64,000 nt of DNA from Chloropicon primus (Eukaryota), in contig CP060757.1 in assembly GCA_023205875.1 (NCBI GenBank), forward strand, positions 248,001 to 312,000, given 5' to 3'. Shown piece after piece: positions 52,471 to 63,623 of this stretch (position 1 is its first letter; every line of letters starts with the position of its first letter). A program made the position numbers and the translations under genes. The notes beneath the pieces were generated by a model. That model made no database searches and was not told the DNA's origin. It saw nothing but the letters and a program-made list of their open reading frames with translations.

Positions 52471-54082
52471 ATGGTTCGTGTGCAGTTGCAGAGAATATTA
52501 GATGGGACACAAGCACCAGCAAACGTCTTCAAGACAAAGGTGAGTGAAGGAGGTTCGTCATCGAAGGCGAAGGATACGACGAGGAATCATTTCGAGGAAT
52601 CGTCTGACATTCGTTTCTTCTCAGATCATTTGCACCCTTGGCCCCAAGTCCAGGTCCGTGGAGGTGCTGGAGGAACTCCTGAGGTCCGGGATGAGCGTGG
52701 CCCGCTTCAACTTCTCGCACGGGTCTCACGAGTACCACCAAGAGACGCTGGACAACCTCAGGATCGCAATGCACAACACCGGCCAGATGTGCGCCGTGAT
52801 GCTGGACACGAAGGGCCCCGAGATCCGCACTGGGTTCCTCAGGGACGCCAAGCCTGTGAGGCTGGAGGCCGGGAAGGACATCATCCTGACCACGGACTAC
52901 GGGTTCAAGGGCGACCAGAGGACGATCGCGATAAGCTACAAGCAGCTGCCAAGGGACGTGAAGCCTGGGTCCCAGATCCTCATTGCGGACGGCAGCATTG
53001 TCCTCGTCGTCCTGTCGTGCGACATCCCTGGAGGGAAGGTGAAGTGCAAGTGCCAGAACTCCGCGGTGCTGGGGGAGAGGAAGAACGTGAACTTGCCTGG
53101 GGTCAACGTCGATTTGCCTACTTTGACGGAGAAGGACGTGAACGACATCTTGAATTGGGGTGTGCCGAACGACGTTGACTTCATCGCCGCGAGTTTCGTG
53201 AGGAAGCCGGAGGACATCGACAACATCAACGCCGTGATCGGGGGCGCGGACATCCAGATCATCTCCAAGATCGAGAACCAGGAGGGGCTGATCAACTTCG
53301 ACGAGATCTTGAAGAAGACTGACGCGGTGATGGTGGCGAGGGGTGACCTCGGGATGGAGATCCCAACGGAGAAGATATTCCTGGCTCAGAAGCTGATGAT
53401 TCAGAAGTGCAACAACGCGGGAAAGCCGGTCGTGACCGCGACTCAGATGCTCGAGAGCATGTGCAAGAACCCGAGACCCACGAGGGCAGAGGCGACGGAC
53501 GTCGCCAATGCAGTTTTGGACGGAACCGATTGCGTGATGCTCTCGGGGGAGACGGCGGCCGGAAGCTTCCCTCTCCAGGCCGTGAGGGTGATGGGAAGAA
53601 TCTGCAGAGAGGCGGAGCAGTCCCTGAACTACTACGCTCTCTTCAAGACCATCATGAAGCAGGCGGTCATGCCCATGGCCCCGTTGGAGTCGCTCGCGTC
53701 CTCTGCGGTCCGAACGGCCCACAAGGTGGATGCTCAGCTGATCATCGTTCTCACAAGGGGTGGGTCCACCGCGAGGTTGGTGGCAAAGTACAGGCCTTCG
53801 GTTCCCGTGCTCGCCGTCGCCGTGCCAGTCCTGACGACCGACAGTCTCACCTGGACTTGCAGCAGCGAGAAACCAGCGAGGCAGACGCTTATGACGAGGG
53901 GGCTCGTCCCCCTCCTGGCGGAGGGATCTGCCAGGGCAACAGACTCGGATACGACGGATGAGATACTCAATGCCGCGATTGACCACGCCAAGGAGAAGGG
54001 AATGTGCAAGCAGGGCGGATCGATCATCGCCTTGCACCGCATCGGGGCCGCCTCTGTGATCAAAATCGTGAACGTGCCTTGA
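52471..54082 (+). CDS. PYK: Pyruvate kinase, cytosolic type (exons 52471-52539, 52625-54082)
   Basis: KTK|IICTLGP, ARFNFSHGSHEYH, MLDTKGPEIRTG, MVARGDLGMEIP and TRAEATDVANAVLDG. TGTAA at 54198-54202. Confidence 0.97.
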
Positions 54083-54620
54083 GGGAAAGAAGGCAGCGGG
54101 TCCGACTCGGGCGTCCAATCCCCTCACGCCTGCAGTGATGATGATGGGGTCAAGAAGTTTGTTCGGTAGAATTCATATCGAATTTCTTATCTTCTTTTGT
54201 AAACAAAAAACGCTTTCACCTAAGTTGCCATCCCCATCCCCACCACCCTCTCTCTCTCAGCCAATTAATACTGATCCATCCAATAGAACTCGAGCCTTGC
54301 TCTCGCGTTGGGTCCCAACGGCTTGGCTCGGGCTCGCCCTCAAACTGCTGCCTGTCCTCTCGCCCTCCTCCTCCTCCTCTGACCTCTCTCTCAATCCATC
54401 CTAAAACCTGAAAGGCCTCAAAGTTGGCCTCAAACTCGCTTTGCTCTTGCCCTCCTCCTCCTCCCCATCCTCCCCTCCCCTCTCGCCATCAAACTCGCTT
54501 TGCTCTTGCCATCCTCCTCCTCTCGCCATCAAGCTCCGCTGTCCAATCCAATCCTCTCCTCCTCTCAATAATCTGGCTCGGGCTGGGCGAGAGAGAGAGA
54601 GAGAGAGAGAGAGGACGAGG

Positions 54621-55233
54621 ATGAGCGCAACGAGGGCGAGTGGAAGAGGGTTAGCGTCGGCAGGGGTCGGAATCCGGACCGCCGGAGGGAGGCCTTCGAC
54701 ACCCCGCAGGCAGTGGAGGCCAACGACCACGACGCAGAGGACGAGGAGAACGAACCGAGAGGTGAGTGGAGTGAAGAGGTGAAACTGTGCAACGCACGTG
54801 GCATCCCCTTGTACGAAAATCTCTTTTTTCCCCTTCATGAGCCAAGCTCGTCTAACGGTGTTGCCTGTCCGACTCGATTGTTCGACGCTTCCAGGTAACT
54901 GCCATGGGTCTCTTCGGTTTGGGTCTGCCCGAGATCGCTGTGATTGCTGGCGTGGGCATTCTACTTTTTGGACCGAGCAAAATACCGGAACTGGGGAAAA
55001 CACTTGGGAAGACGGTCAGGGGACTTCAGGACGCAGCCCAGGTAAGTGAAGTGGTCGCGCAGGGGCCTACCCCTTCGCCTGGGGGACGGAATTCGACCTG
55101 GATTGAGACTAAACACGCCTTCTCGCTTGGTTGTTCTGCCCTGCAGGAGTTCAAGGAGGAGCTGGACGAGGAGCTCGCCAGACCGTCTGAGGACGAGGCG
55201 AAGGAGGCAGACGAGTCGAGCGGCGAGGATTGA
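54621..55233 (+). CDS. tatA: Thylakoid Tat translocase subunit TatA/Tha4 (exons 54621-54761, 54895-55041, 55147-55233)
   Basis: Transit peptide, then LFGLGLPEIAVIAGVGILLFGPSKIPELGKTLGKTVRGLQDAAQ|EFKEEL. Phase-0 introns. Confidence 0.92.
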
Positions 55234-55366
55234 GTTGGGGAGGAGCCGGCGGGAAGTCAGTAAGGATTTTGGATTAAAACTTTGCGTCCATCAACAAGAA
55301 GCAAGAATTTTTTATAAAGCAAAGCAGTCAAAGTCAGGTCAGGATAAAAGCGAACCCACCGTCCTC

Positions 55367-57523
55367 TCAGAGCTCTATCTCTTCGGAGACCTCTTCCCCT
55401 CCCTCCTCGCCTTCCTCTTCGCCTTCCTCTTGTTCCTGTTCTAGTGCTGATTCTTCCTCGACCTTCGCTAGCAGAGCATCCACGTCCTCGCCCGCCTGCT
55501 CCGCGTACGGAACGAGGGCCTGGACCTTTGCGCTCTCTTGGCCCAGGCACACCAGCAGGTCGTTCATGTCAGACTGGATGCTGCTCAGCTCCGAGTCCTT
55601 CTCCTTCATAGACTCCTGGAGCCTGTAATTCTCCAAAAGCAGCTTGTGCTTCTCCAAGTCGTTGAGCTCGAGCTCTTCGATCTTCTCTTGCAGAGACCGC
55701 TTTATTGTGGAATACGTGGCGCTCCCGCTGTTGCCTCCACTTGTGCCCCCCGCTGGAGTCGCCTGTGGGGCTCCTGCAGGCTGCAGGGGCGTCTCCAGGG
55801 AGGGCTCCTTGCCCTCGTCATCTGTTCCAGATTGCTTCCCACCGCTTTCTTGGGACGAGGTGGACACCTGCAACCGCTCCGCTTCTTCTCTGGCACTCCT
55901 CTCTCTCTCCAGCTCTCCCTGCATCCGCTCCCTTTCGCTCGCCGCCGCCTGCAGCTTGGCAGTCATATCGTCGAGCTGCTGCTGCAGCGAGGACACCTTC
56001 TCCAGCTGCGCCATGTTATTGTAAGACGAGTTGTAGGACGACTTGTCGAGGCTTTGCTGGTCCCCTCCCTGGTCCCCTCCCTGGGAATCCAGATCAAAGC
56101 TGTGCCACTGGTGGTCGTTTTGCAGTGGCTGCTCCACTTCACCACCCTGTCCCGCAACGTTGGAGTTGTAATCGTAACCGGCATACGCCGTGGAGTCGTA
56201 CCCATTGTTTTCCGCAGGGTAAGCCGACGAGGAGCCAGCTGGATCTAACGAAGCTGGCGCAACCTCAAGACCTTCTTGCTGCTGCCCCTCCACGCCATAG
56301 TTGTCCTGGCCCTGCTGGTAGCCATAGTCGTAGCCGCCATTCTCCGTGGTGGTGTACTGAGGCTGGTAGCTTTCTTGGGAGTAAGAACCGAACTCGTCTC
56401 CCTGGAGTGGATCCTCCGCGTAAGCAGAAGGGTAATCTTGGTGATCCACCTGACCAGCTGGTGGCTGCAGACCTGCGTCGCCATAGCCGCCAGAAAGGTC
56501 GTCCAAGCGTGGGTTGTCACCAGAGGACTCTTCGTTCTGCACGTGTTGCGGACCCTCCACGCCACCCTGCCTCTCCTTCTCCTCGAAGTACTCCAGCTTG
56601 GCCTTGTCATAGTCCAAGTGAGCAAATTGGTCTTGCACCTCGAACGCGTCCTCTTCCCCGGCCCCGTTGTTCTCAGAAGCTCCAAAGGCTTCCTCAAAAC
56701 TTGCTCGTCTCGCGGGCCACTCCTCCGTCTGTTCGCTTGCAACCTCGGCCACTGCTCCGTCTGTAGTTGGCCCAACCCCTCCCTCACCAACAAGTCCTTC
56801 CACCACCTCCTCCTCCTTCTCCCCTTGTCCTCTCTCCGTCGCTTCGCCCTCGCTGTACGCCTGGGAGTCCAACCCCTCGGAGGCTGACCAGGGCGTCGAG
56901 AAGTTATGCGTCGTGGGCGCCATGGCAGTCACATGCGAGTCACTCATTCCGCTATTCCGTCTCTCCTCGTTGCCGACTCCAGAGTGAGACTGGCTCTTCA
57001 TCTGCGGCACGAAGAGGGTGATGGGTTTCTTGCCCGGGGTGTTCAAACCAACCGATTCCTTCCCGCTCCCAAGGTTACCACCGTAAAGCGGAGGCTTGTC
57101 GGGAAGTGGAAGCCCCGGGACTCCATTGGACTCGGCGTCATCCTTCGAAGAACTTGCCTTGTTCATGTATCCGGGATCATAGTACCTTTGCCTCAAGCTG
57201 GCACCGCGCCTAGGGGATCCAGGCATCGGAGCAACCGCGTTGTAGGTTCCCTCGGTGCTCCCTTGGCCGCTCTCCTCTCCAGGAAGGTAGTCAAGCGACA
57301 CATTGCGAGACATAGGAGGCGGCGCAATACCGGAGCTGTTCCCGTCTGCACCGTCCTCCTCCCCCTCCTCCCCTTCCACGCACCACCGCTTGAGGTTCTC
57401 ATTGTAGTAGAACTTGCTCTTCTCTCCCAGGTGTGCCTTGGTCGGCTTGGACTTCTTCTCACTCCCGGGACTCGCCCCCTTGTCGCCCTGGGCCCCTCCT
57501 CTCCCTCGGAAGAGCCAAGACAT
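55367..57523 (-). CDS. Acidic disordered/coiled-coil protein with a Sec16-like N-terminal motif and a Uso1/p115-like C-terminus
   Basis: KAHLGEKSKFYYNENLKRWCVEG..PPP..LRQRYYD near the N-terminus; DMNDLLVCLGQESAKV..GEDVDALL plus an acidic tail at the C-terminus. Confidence 0.8.
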   Translation of the reverse strand: MSWLFRGRGGAQGDKGASPGSEKKSKPTKAHLGEKSKFYYNENLKRWCVEGEEGEEDGADGNSSGIAPPPMSRNVSLDYLPGEESGQGSTEGTYNAVAPMPGSPRRGASLRQRYYDPGYMNKASSSKDDAESNGVPGLPLPDKPPLYGGNLGSGKESVGLNTPGKKPITLFVPQMKSQSHSGVGNEERRNSGMSDSHVTAMAPTTHNFSTPWSASEGLDSQAYSEGEATERGQGEKEEEVVEGLVGEGGVGPTTDGAVAEVASEQTEEWPARRASFEEAFGASENNGAGEEDAFEVQDQFAHLDYDKAKLEYFEEKERQGGVEGPQHVQNEESSGDNPRLDDLSGGYGDAGLQPPAGQVDHQDYPSAYAEDPLQGDEFGSYSQESYQPQYTTTENGGYDYGYQQGQDNYGVEGQQQEGLEVAPASLDPAGSSSAYPAENNGYDSTAYAGYDYNSNVAGQGGEVEQPLQNDHQWHSFDLDSQGGDQGGDQQSLDKSSYNSSYNNMAQLEKVSSLQQQLDDMTAKLQAAASERERMQGELERERSAREEAERLQVSTSSQESGGKQSGTDDEGKEPSLETPLQPAGAPQATPAGGTSGGNSGSATYSTIKRSLQEKIEELELNDLEKHKLLLENYRLQESMKEKDSELSSIQSDMNDLLVCLGQESAKVQALVPYAEQAGEDVDALLAKVEEESALEQEQEEGEEEGEEGGEEVSEEIEL

Positions 57524-58134
57524 GTCTCTACCTCCTCGACCAAAGGTCCTGCCTTTGCGTCAAAGATGGAAGCTTTGCGTGGTCCACACTCCTCTACGGC
57601 GGTCGAGCAAAGCTCCAAGCTCCAACCTCGTGTATTGCCCAGCGGAATGAATCAAAGGGCGACGTTCTTTTCGTGGGCCAAGCTAGCTCGAGGACTCAGC
57701 AGCTCTCGTTCTCTTGGTGTTCGTGTGGTCGGCCTCCAGCAAGAGATGTTGAAGACGATCGCGAACGACCGAAAGAAGAAGATGCTCAGATGAGGGACGG
57801 ACGGAGCAAACCAGACCGACCAAGGTGTCCACTGCGCCGGCCTCCCCTCCTTTCGTGTCTCTCCGCCGGGGTTGGTGGGCTCTCTGCTCTCTTTTGGTTC
57901 CAAAGTTACAAAAACAGGGAGACTCGACAGAGAGAGAGGGGAGAGAGAGGAGGACGGTGGTGGCAAGAGGAAGGTCGGCATCTGCACCTTTGCGTTGTTA
58001 CCCATGGCTTTGATGATGGTGCGTCTTCGTGGAGGGCTTGGAGGAACCCACTTTTTCACTCTCAGGTTGAGATTGTGATTGCTTTGAGAGGGAATGCACG
58101 AGGGGGTGAAAAATGAATGCATGAATGAGGAACT

Positions 58135-59986
58135 TTATGACGCCGCTGTGACCGCCGTCTTCTTTGGTGGCTCCGACTTTGGCTTTGGCTTTGCATCCAC
58201 TTCGGCGTGCTTGAAGAGCTCGTCCAGAACTTCTGAGAGCGTGGGGTGGGCGTGAACGTTGAACTTGAGGTCTTGGATGGTCTGGTTCGTTGCAACGGCG
58301 TTGGAGGCTTCGTGGATGAGATCAGCGGCGTGGAGGCCGATGATCCAAACACCCAAGATCTCTCCGGTGTCCTTTCTGTAGATGGCCTTGGCCATTCCGT
58401 CGCCTTCCAGCTCAGCCAATGCCTTGGAGTTGGCCTTGAAGGAAGTTTTCACGACCGCGACCTCGAACTTCTCCTCGGCCGCCTTCTCCCTCGCTTGCTC
58501 CTCCGTCAAGCCCACGAAACTGACTTCGGGGTGAGTGAAGCAGGCTGCCGGGACGCTCAGGTGGTTCAACACGTGGGACCTGCCCACGATGTTCTCGATG
58601 GCGGAAATGCCCTGGGCGCTAGCGGCGTGCGCGAGCATGTACTTGCCGTTCGCATCGCCGATGCAGTAGACGTTTGGCACGGGCTTGCCATTCTTCCCGA
58701 CCACCTCCATCTTCTCCGTCACTGGAACAAAGCCCCTCCTATCCGTCTCGGCGCCGATCTTGTCCAGCGAGAGACCCTGGGTGAAGGGAACCCTTCCTGT
58801 CGCGACCAGGCACGCATCCACTTCCATGACGTCCACCTTCTCCTTCGTCTTGAAGTCGGTGAGCTCGATCTCCACGGGCTTGACGCCCGGAATTCCCGCC
58901 TTGACGTTGGTCGCGAGCACCCCCGTCCTGAAGTCGATGTTCCTCGGCGTGATGAGCGTTCTCTGAGCCAAGCGGGCGATCTCGTTGTCGAAGCCGGGCA
59001 TGATCTTGTCCACCGCTTCGATGAAGGTCACCTCCGACCCCAAAGCAGTGTACACGTCAGAGAACTCCAAGCCAATGTAGCCGGATCCGATGATCGCCAC
59101 CCAGTCTGGAATCCACTCCAGCTTCAAGGCGTGGTCGCTCGTGAAGACGGTCTTCCCGTCGATCTTGATGCCCGGCGGGACGAAGGGGACGGACCCCGTC
59201 GCGATGATGATGTCCTTCGCCGTCAGCTGGCCGCCCACGTCAACCCTGCCTGGGAGGCCGTAGGAGATGGTGTGGTTGTCCACGAACTTGCCCATACCGG
59301 TGTGAATGTCAACCCCGAGGGCTATCAAGGAGTTCTTCAAGTTCCCCTGAATGTTGCTCGCGAGCTGATTCGCGTGGTCGGCGACGCCCTGCCTGTCGAA
59401 CGACACGGAACCCACCTGAATGCCCATGGCTTTCAAATGCATCTCGTTCTGCATCTCGCGGATCCTCCCGCTCGCCGCGAGCAAAGCCTTGCTGGGGACG
59501 CACCCCCTGTTCACGCAAGTTCCTCCGATGTCATGGCCCTCGATGATGCACGTCTTCAGACCTGTTTCGGACCCAAGAATCGTCAGCAAAACTCGTCGAT
59601 GAAGACACCAAGTGGACGAAAAACGAGAAGCGAGAAGCGAGAAGAAGTGCCTTACCCTGCTGAACCGCATGAAGCGCCGCTCCGTGTCCTCCGACGCCGC
59701 ACCCGATGATGCAAACATCGTAGTCGTACGCGCTCCCTCCTCCCGCTCGACACGAAACCGAGCCCTGATCTCTCCTCCCCCCCGTCCTCTCTCGCCACAC
59801 GGACGCCACACGGACAGATGACGAAACGCCCTTGGTGGAAACCTTCGCACACGTCCCAACACCGCGCTTCAACGAGTCGACGGCGTTCACCTTTGCCGAG
59901 ACTGTTGTGATGCTGACCCTCCTGCAACTCCTCTTCCCACCAAAAGGGGACAAACCCGTACCTCTCGTCACCGTCTTCCCCTTCAT
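58135..59986 (-). CDS. LPD1: Dihydrolipoamide dehydrogenase, plastid type (exons 59986-59656, 59561-58135)
   Basis: [51 protein letters not shown] and HAHPTLSE. Phase-1 intron. Confidence 0.95.
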
Positions 59987-60389
59987 CTTTCCTCCACCGT
60001 CCAGTTGTGATCGAAACGCTTCGCTTCTCCTCCTCCGCCTCTCAATCGCATTCGTAGAGAGACGTAAGCTCCATACTTCAAATTCAACATTTCACATTTG
60101 AACAAAAACAATCACAAAAGACCTGCGACTCTCTGGCGTCGGTGGGTGATGGATGGCAGGGTTTAGTGTTTGAAGGGCGAGAGAGGCACGGAGGGCGAGA
60201 GTGGACGGTGCCAAGCGATACTACGTCTCTTGGGCTTTCGATTGATACCTTGGTTGACCGCATTGGTGATCGGGATACGGATCAGATCACCCGCAGGAGG
60301 CATTGGGCTTGAGATGGGAGGGATGGGAGGGTCCAGTTGAGGTGGTTCGTCTTGCGTTTGAGGGAGCGTCGTCGTCTGAAGCGTGGATC

Positions 60390-61760
60390 ATGAGGTGGAA
60401 ATCGGCGGTGGTGAGGGCCTCGGGAATCGTGGTGAGCCACGTGCGGCGCGAGGCAGGGCCGTTCGTCTCAGCTTCCTCCTCCTCCTCCATGGGTTCGACC
60501 TCCTTGATGACGATGATGATGATGATGATGATGGTTCGTCGTCGTTGCTTCCAGCCATCGCCACTCACGGTGGAGCTTCCCGGATTCGTCGTCCGAGGTC
60601 TTCCGTTCTCGAGCAGGGGATCTGGGGGCGAGGGGAGCGAAGAGGGCCTGGACGTCGGTGGCCCACCCGAAGGCTTCGAGTACTCGAAGGTGCTGAAGCG
60701 GGTGGAGAAGCTCGTCGCGAAGTACAACCAGCTGCTGGAGAAGGCGAACGCGCAGTCCGGGGACGTGGGCCAGATCCACGAGGAGATAGGAAAGCTCCAC
60801 CCGACGGTGGAAAGGGTGGAGAGGCTGGAGGAACTGAGGGCGGAGCACGGGAGCGTGAGCGACATCGCGAGCGATGCGGCCGAGGACGAGGAGATGAAAA
60901 GCATGGCGAGGGAGGAGGTGGCCTCCCTGGAGCACGAAATTCTTGGCTTGGAGTTCGAAATCGTCAAGGACGTGGTGCCAAAGCCTCAGGAGACGAGCAG
61001 GGAGCTCCTGCTGGAGATACGGGCGGGAACTGGGGGGGAGGAGGCCGCTCTGTTCGCGTTGGACTTATTGCAAATGTACCAAAAATTCGCCCAGAGGAAG
61101 GGCTGGAGGTTCGAGGTACTGCGGCAGGATGAGTCCGAGCACGGGGGGTACAGGGAAGTGATTGTTGAGATATCAGGGGAGGAGTGCTACAGCCAGATGC
61201 AGTTCGAGAGCGGCATCCACAGAGTGCAGAGGGTGCCGAAGACGGAGGCTGGGGGGAGGGTGCACACCAGCGCGAGCAGCGTTGCGGTGATGCCGCAGGC
61301 CACAGAAGTCGAACTCAACGTTAAAGACAGCGACCTCAAGGTGGAGACGTACAGAAGCGGGGGGGCGGGGGGGCAGCACGTGAACACGACGGACAGCGCT
61401 GTCAGGATAACCCACTTGCCGTCCCAGGTCTCGGTGGCGATCCAGGATGATAGGTCGCAGCACAAGAACAGGGCCAAGGCCATGAAAATCTTGCTGGCAA
61501 AGCTGTACGAAGAAGAGATGAGGAAGAGGAACGCTGTTCTGGCCGAAAAGAGGAAGTCCCAGATTGGCAGCGGGGACAGGTCTGAGAGGATAAGGACGTA
61601 CAACTTTCCCCAGGGCAGGGTGACGGACCACAGGGTGAACGTCACGCTGCATAGCTTGGACCAGGTCCTCGCGGGGGTTGACCTCGACGTTTTCGTCGAG
61701 GCTCTGGAAAGGCAATGGGTTTTGGATTACCTGGAAAATGACGAAGGAGACGAGGACTGA
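60390..61760 (+). CDS. prfA: Organellar (probably mitochondrial) peptide chain release factor 1
   Basis: EIRAGTGGEEAALF, HRVQRVPKTE (PxT), GAGGQHVNTTDSA and DRSERIRTYNFPQ. Confidence 0.95.
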   Translation: MRWKSAVVRASGIVVSHVRREAGPFVSASSSSSMGSTSLMTMMMMMMMVRRRCFQPSPLTVELPGFVVRGLPFSSRGSGGEGSEEGLDVGGPPEGFEYSKVLKRVEKLVAKYNQLLEKANAQSGDVGQIHEEIGKLHPTVERVERLEELRAEHGSVSDIASDAAEDEEMKSMAREEVASLEHEILGLEFEIVKDVVPKPQETSRELLLEIRAGTGGEEAALFALDLLQMYQKFAQRKGWRFEVLRQDESEHGGYREVIVEISGEECYSQMQFESGIHRVQRVPKTEAGGRVHTSASSVAVMPQATEVELNVKDSDLKVETYRSGGAGGQHVNTTDSAVRITHLPSQVSVAIQDDRSQHKNRAKAMKILLAKLYEEEMRKRNAVLAEKRKSQIGSGDRSERIRTYNFPQGRVTDHRVNVTLHSLDQVLAGVDLDVFVEALERQWVLDYLENDEGDED

Positions 61761-61799
61761 GTCAAGGTGCGCAGCAGCAGCCGGAGCTTTACGTTGCAC

Positions 61800-61804
61800 T
61801 GTAA
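61800..61804 (+). promoter_or_regulatory. TGTAA polyadenylation-type signal (representative)
   Basis: Sense-strand TGTAA lies shortly behind stop codons at 3597(+), 6694(-), 10413(-), 20064(-), 21218(-), 38804(+), 44132(-), 54198(+) and 61800(+). UGUAA is the established chlorophyte near-upstream element. Confidence 0.7.
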
Positions 61805-61847
61805 AATAAAAAATGATTTTATATTTATGCACAAGTCAAGTGTCTTT

Positions 61848-63587
61848 CTACTTCAAGCTTTGCGCAAGGCCGAGAATTTCCTCCACCCTCGTGAGCTTTT
61901 CCATGGCCCTGCCGCAGGCTTGGCCCCGTCTCCTTTCCTCCTCCCTCACAGCTTTCCACTGAGCCATCCCGACCACTTGGACCCCCCTTTCTGAGAGGAC
62001 CTCCATCAGGTCCAAGGCTTCTCCCGGGGGCCCTTCTCCGCCCTCCGAGCTGACCATGTCATCGACAATGACCCTGCTCACCTCGTCGGCATCGACCATG
62101 CTGGCGCCGATGATCCCCTTGGCCCCGTGGTTCGCCCAACCGCAGAAATAGACCGGGGCGAGAGTTTTGTTGCCCGAGGTGTCAGAGATGACGTCCCTGT
62201 CCAGCGCCCTGGGACTCCCTTCCCTCCCCTCGTGACTCGCTCGCCCTGGGGGGATGCCATCTACGCCAATGCTCCTCTGGCTCGCGGCGATGATCGCCAA
62301 CTGAGCCGGGAGCTCAACCTTGGCCGCTCCATCAATTGGCCCCACTTCAAGGGCCTGGTCGTCCACCAACGTCTCTCTCTGCAGCTCGACATGCACGGCA
62401 CTGAGGTGTTCCGCTCCGACGAACTCCACCGGCTTGTGCAGAAAGTGAATGAAGAGCTCCTTTCCCGGCGCGTCTTCCCGCACCTCTCCGGAGTCTTTGG
62501 AGTGGTGGTCTCTCAAGAGCTTGAACACCCTCTTCTGCATTCTTGTCGCCACCTTTGTAAGCCCGGCAGATTCCTCGAAAGGACCGATGGAGCCGGCACG
62601 CCCGCCGTCCTCGCCCCCCCCTTGCGCCGGCACACGAATTCGAGAGACAAAGTGCTCCTCTCTCTTCTGGAGCACCTCCCTGAGCTCCTTTGGGGCAAAC
62701 GCAGCGGCTCGGGGCCCCCTCCTGGCGAGAATGTGAACCCGCTTGATCCCGGACAGCGGCGAGCTCTCGCTGGAGAGCAAATCGATGAACCTCTTGGACG
62801 TATTCGTTTCCGCGACCAGGCTCTCGGGCGAGGTGAGGAGCAAGCGAGATACGTCCAGAGCAACGTTTCCGGCCCCGACCACAACGACGTCCTCGACCTT
62901 TGGGTACTTTGGCCCCACCCCAAACCCACCGTAAAAGTCTTTCTCCATCATTGGGTCCCCGCAGTAGAGCGCCACCAGCTCCCTTGCCGTCATAACGCCC
63001 TTTCCCTTCAGCCTGCCCTCCCCCGCTATCCCTAGCCAGTTCGGGTCGTCAGCTCCGTGTGCGAGGACTATGGCGTCGTACATGGACCTGAGCTCATCGA
63101 GGTGGACATCCCCGCTGCCACCGGACTTGACTTGCACGTTACCAAAGAATCGAACGTTCCCTCCGCCCAGAAAGTTGTCGATGGTCTCCAACACGGCGGA
63201 GACTGATGGAGCGTGGTCCGGTGCCACGCCGTACCTCGCCAGCCCTCCAGGGATCGGCCTCCTGTCGATCACATCAATCCGGACCCCAAGCCCCGGTTTC
63301 GCTTGACTCAGCTTCTTCGCCACACTCTGGGCGCAGTAGATCCCCGCCGGACCCGAACCCACGACGCACACCTTGGCATTCCCTGCCTTGCTGGGACCTG
63401 AACCCTCCCCCCAGGAGAGCGACGAGCAAAGCCCTTTCGTCCCCGATGCGGTGCCCAAGGCGTGACCGAAGACATGATAGCGCCATGTAGCGGTCCGATG
63501 CCTCCCTCCGAAGCCCGATGCCCCACCCAACGCCTCGTGGGAAGGCCTGAGCCCTCCAACCGATTGGCACAACCTCCTGGCTGCCAT
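61848..63587 (-). CDS. MFDR: NADPH:adrenodoxin oxidoreductase, mitochondrial
   Basis: [51 protein letters not shown] and [11 protein letters not shown]. Confidence 0.92.
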   Translation of the reverse strand: MAARRLCQSVGGLRPSHEALGGASGFGGRHRTATWRYHVFGHALGTASGTKGLCSSLSWGEGSGPSKAGNAKVCVVGSGPAGIYCAQSVAKKLSQAKPGLGVRIDVIDRRPIPGGLARYGVAPDHAPSVSAVLETIDNFLGGGNVRFFGNVQVKSGGSGDVHLDELRSMYDAIVLAHGADDPNWLGIAGEGRLKGKGVMTARELVALYCGDPMMEKDFYGGFGVGPKYPKVEDVVVVGAGNVALDVSRLLLTSPESLVAETNTSKRFIDLLSSESSPLSGIKRVHILARRGPRAAAFAPKELREVLQKREEHFVSRIRVPAQGGGEDGGRAGSIGPFEESAGLTKVATRMQKRVFKLLRDHHSKDSGEVREDAPGKELFIHFLHKPVEFVGAEHLSAVHVELQRETLVDDQALEVGPIDGAAKVELPAQLAIIAASQRSIGVDGIPPGRASHEGREGSPRALDRDVISDTSGNKTLAPVYFCGWANHGAKGIIGASMVDADEVSRVIVDDMVSSEGGEGPPGEALDLMEVLSERGVQVVGMAQWKAVREEERRRGQACGRAMEKLTRVEEILGLAQSLK

Positions 63588-63623
63588 CTCTGTCTCAGTC
63601 TCAGTCTCAGGAAGGCGTTGGCG

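Noticed and set aside
54431..54535. CAAACTCGCTTTGCTCTTGCC duplicated 59 bp apart upstream of tatA
   Set aside because: Looks like ordinary slippage duplication in a CT-rich leader. No element features.
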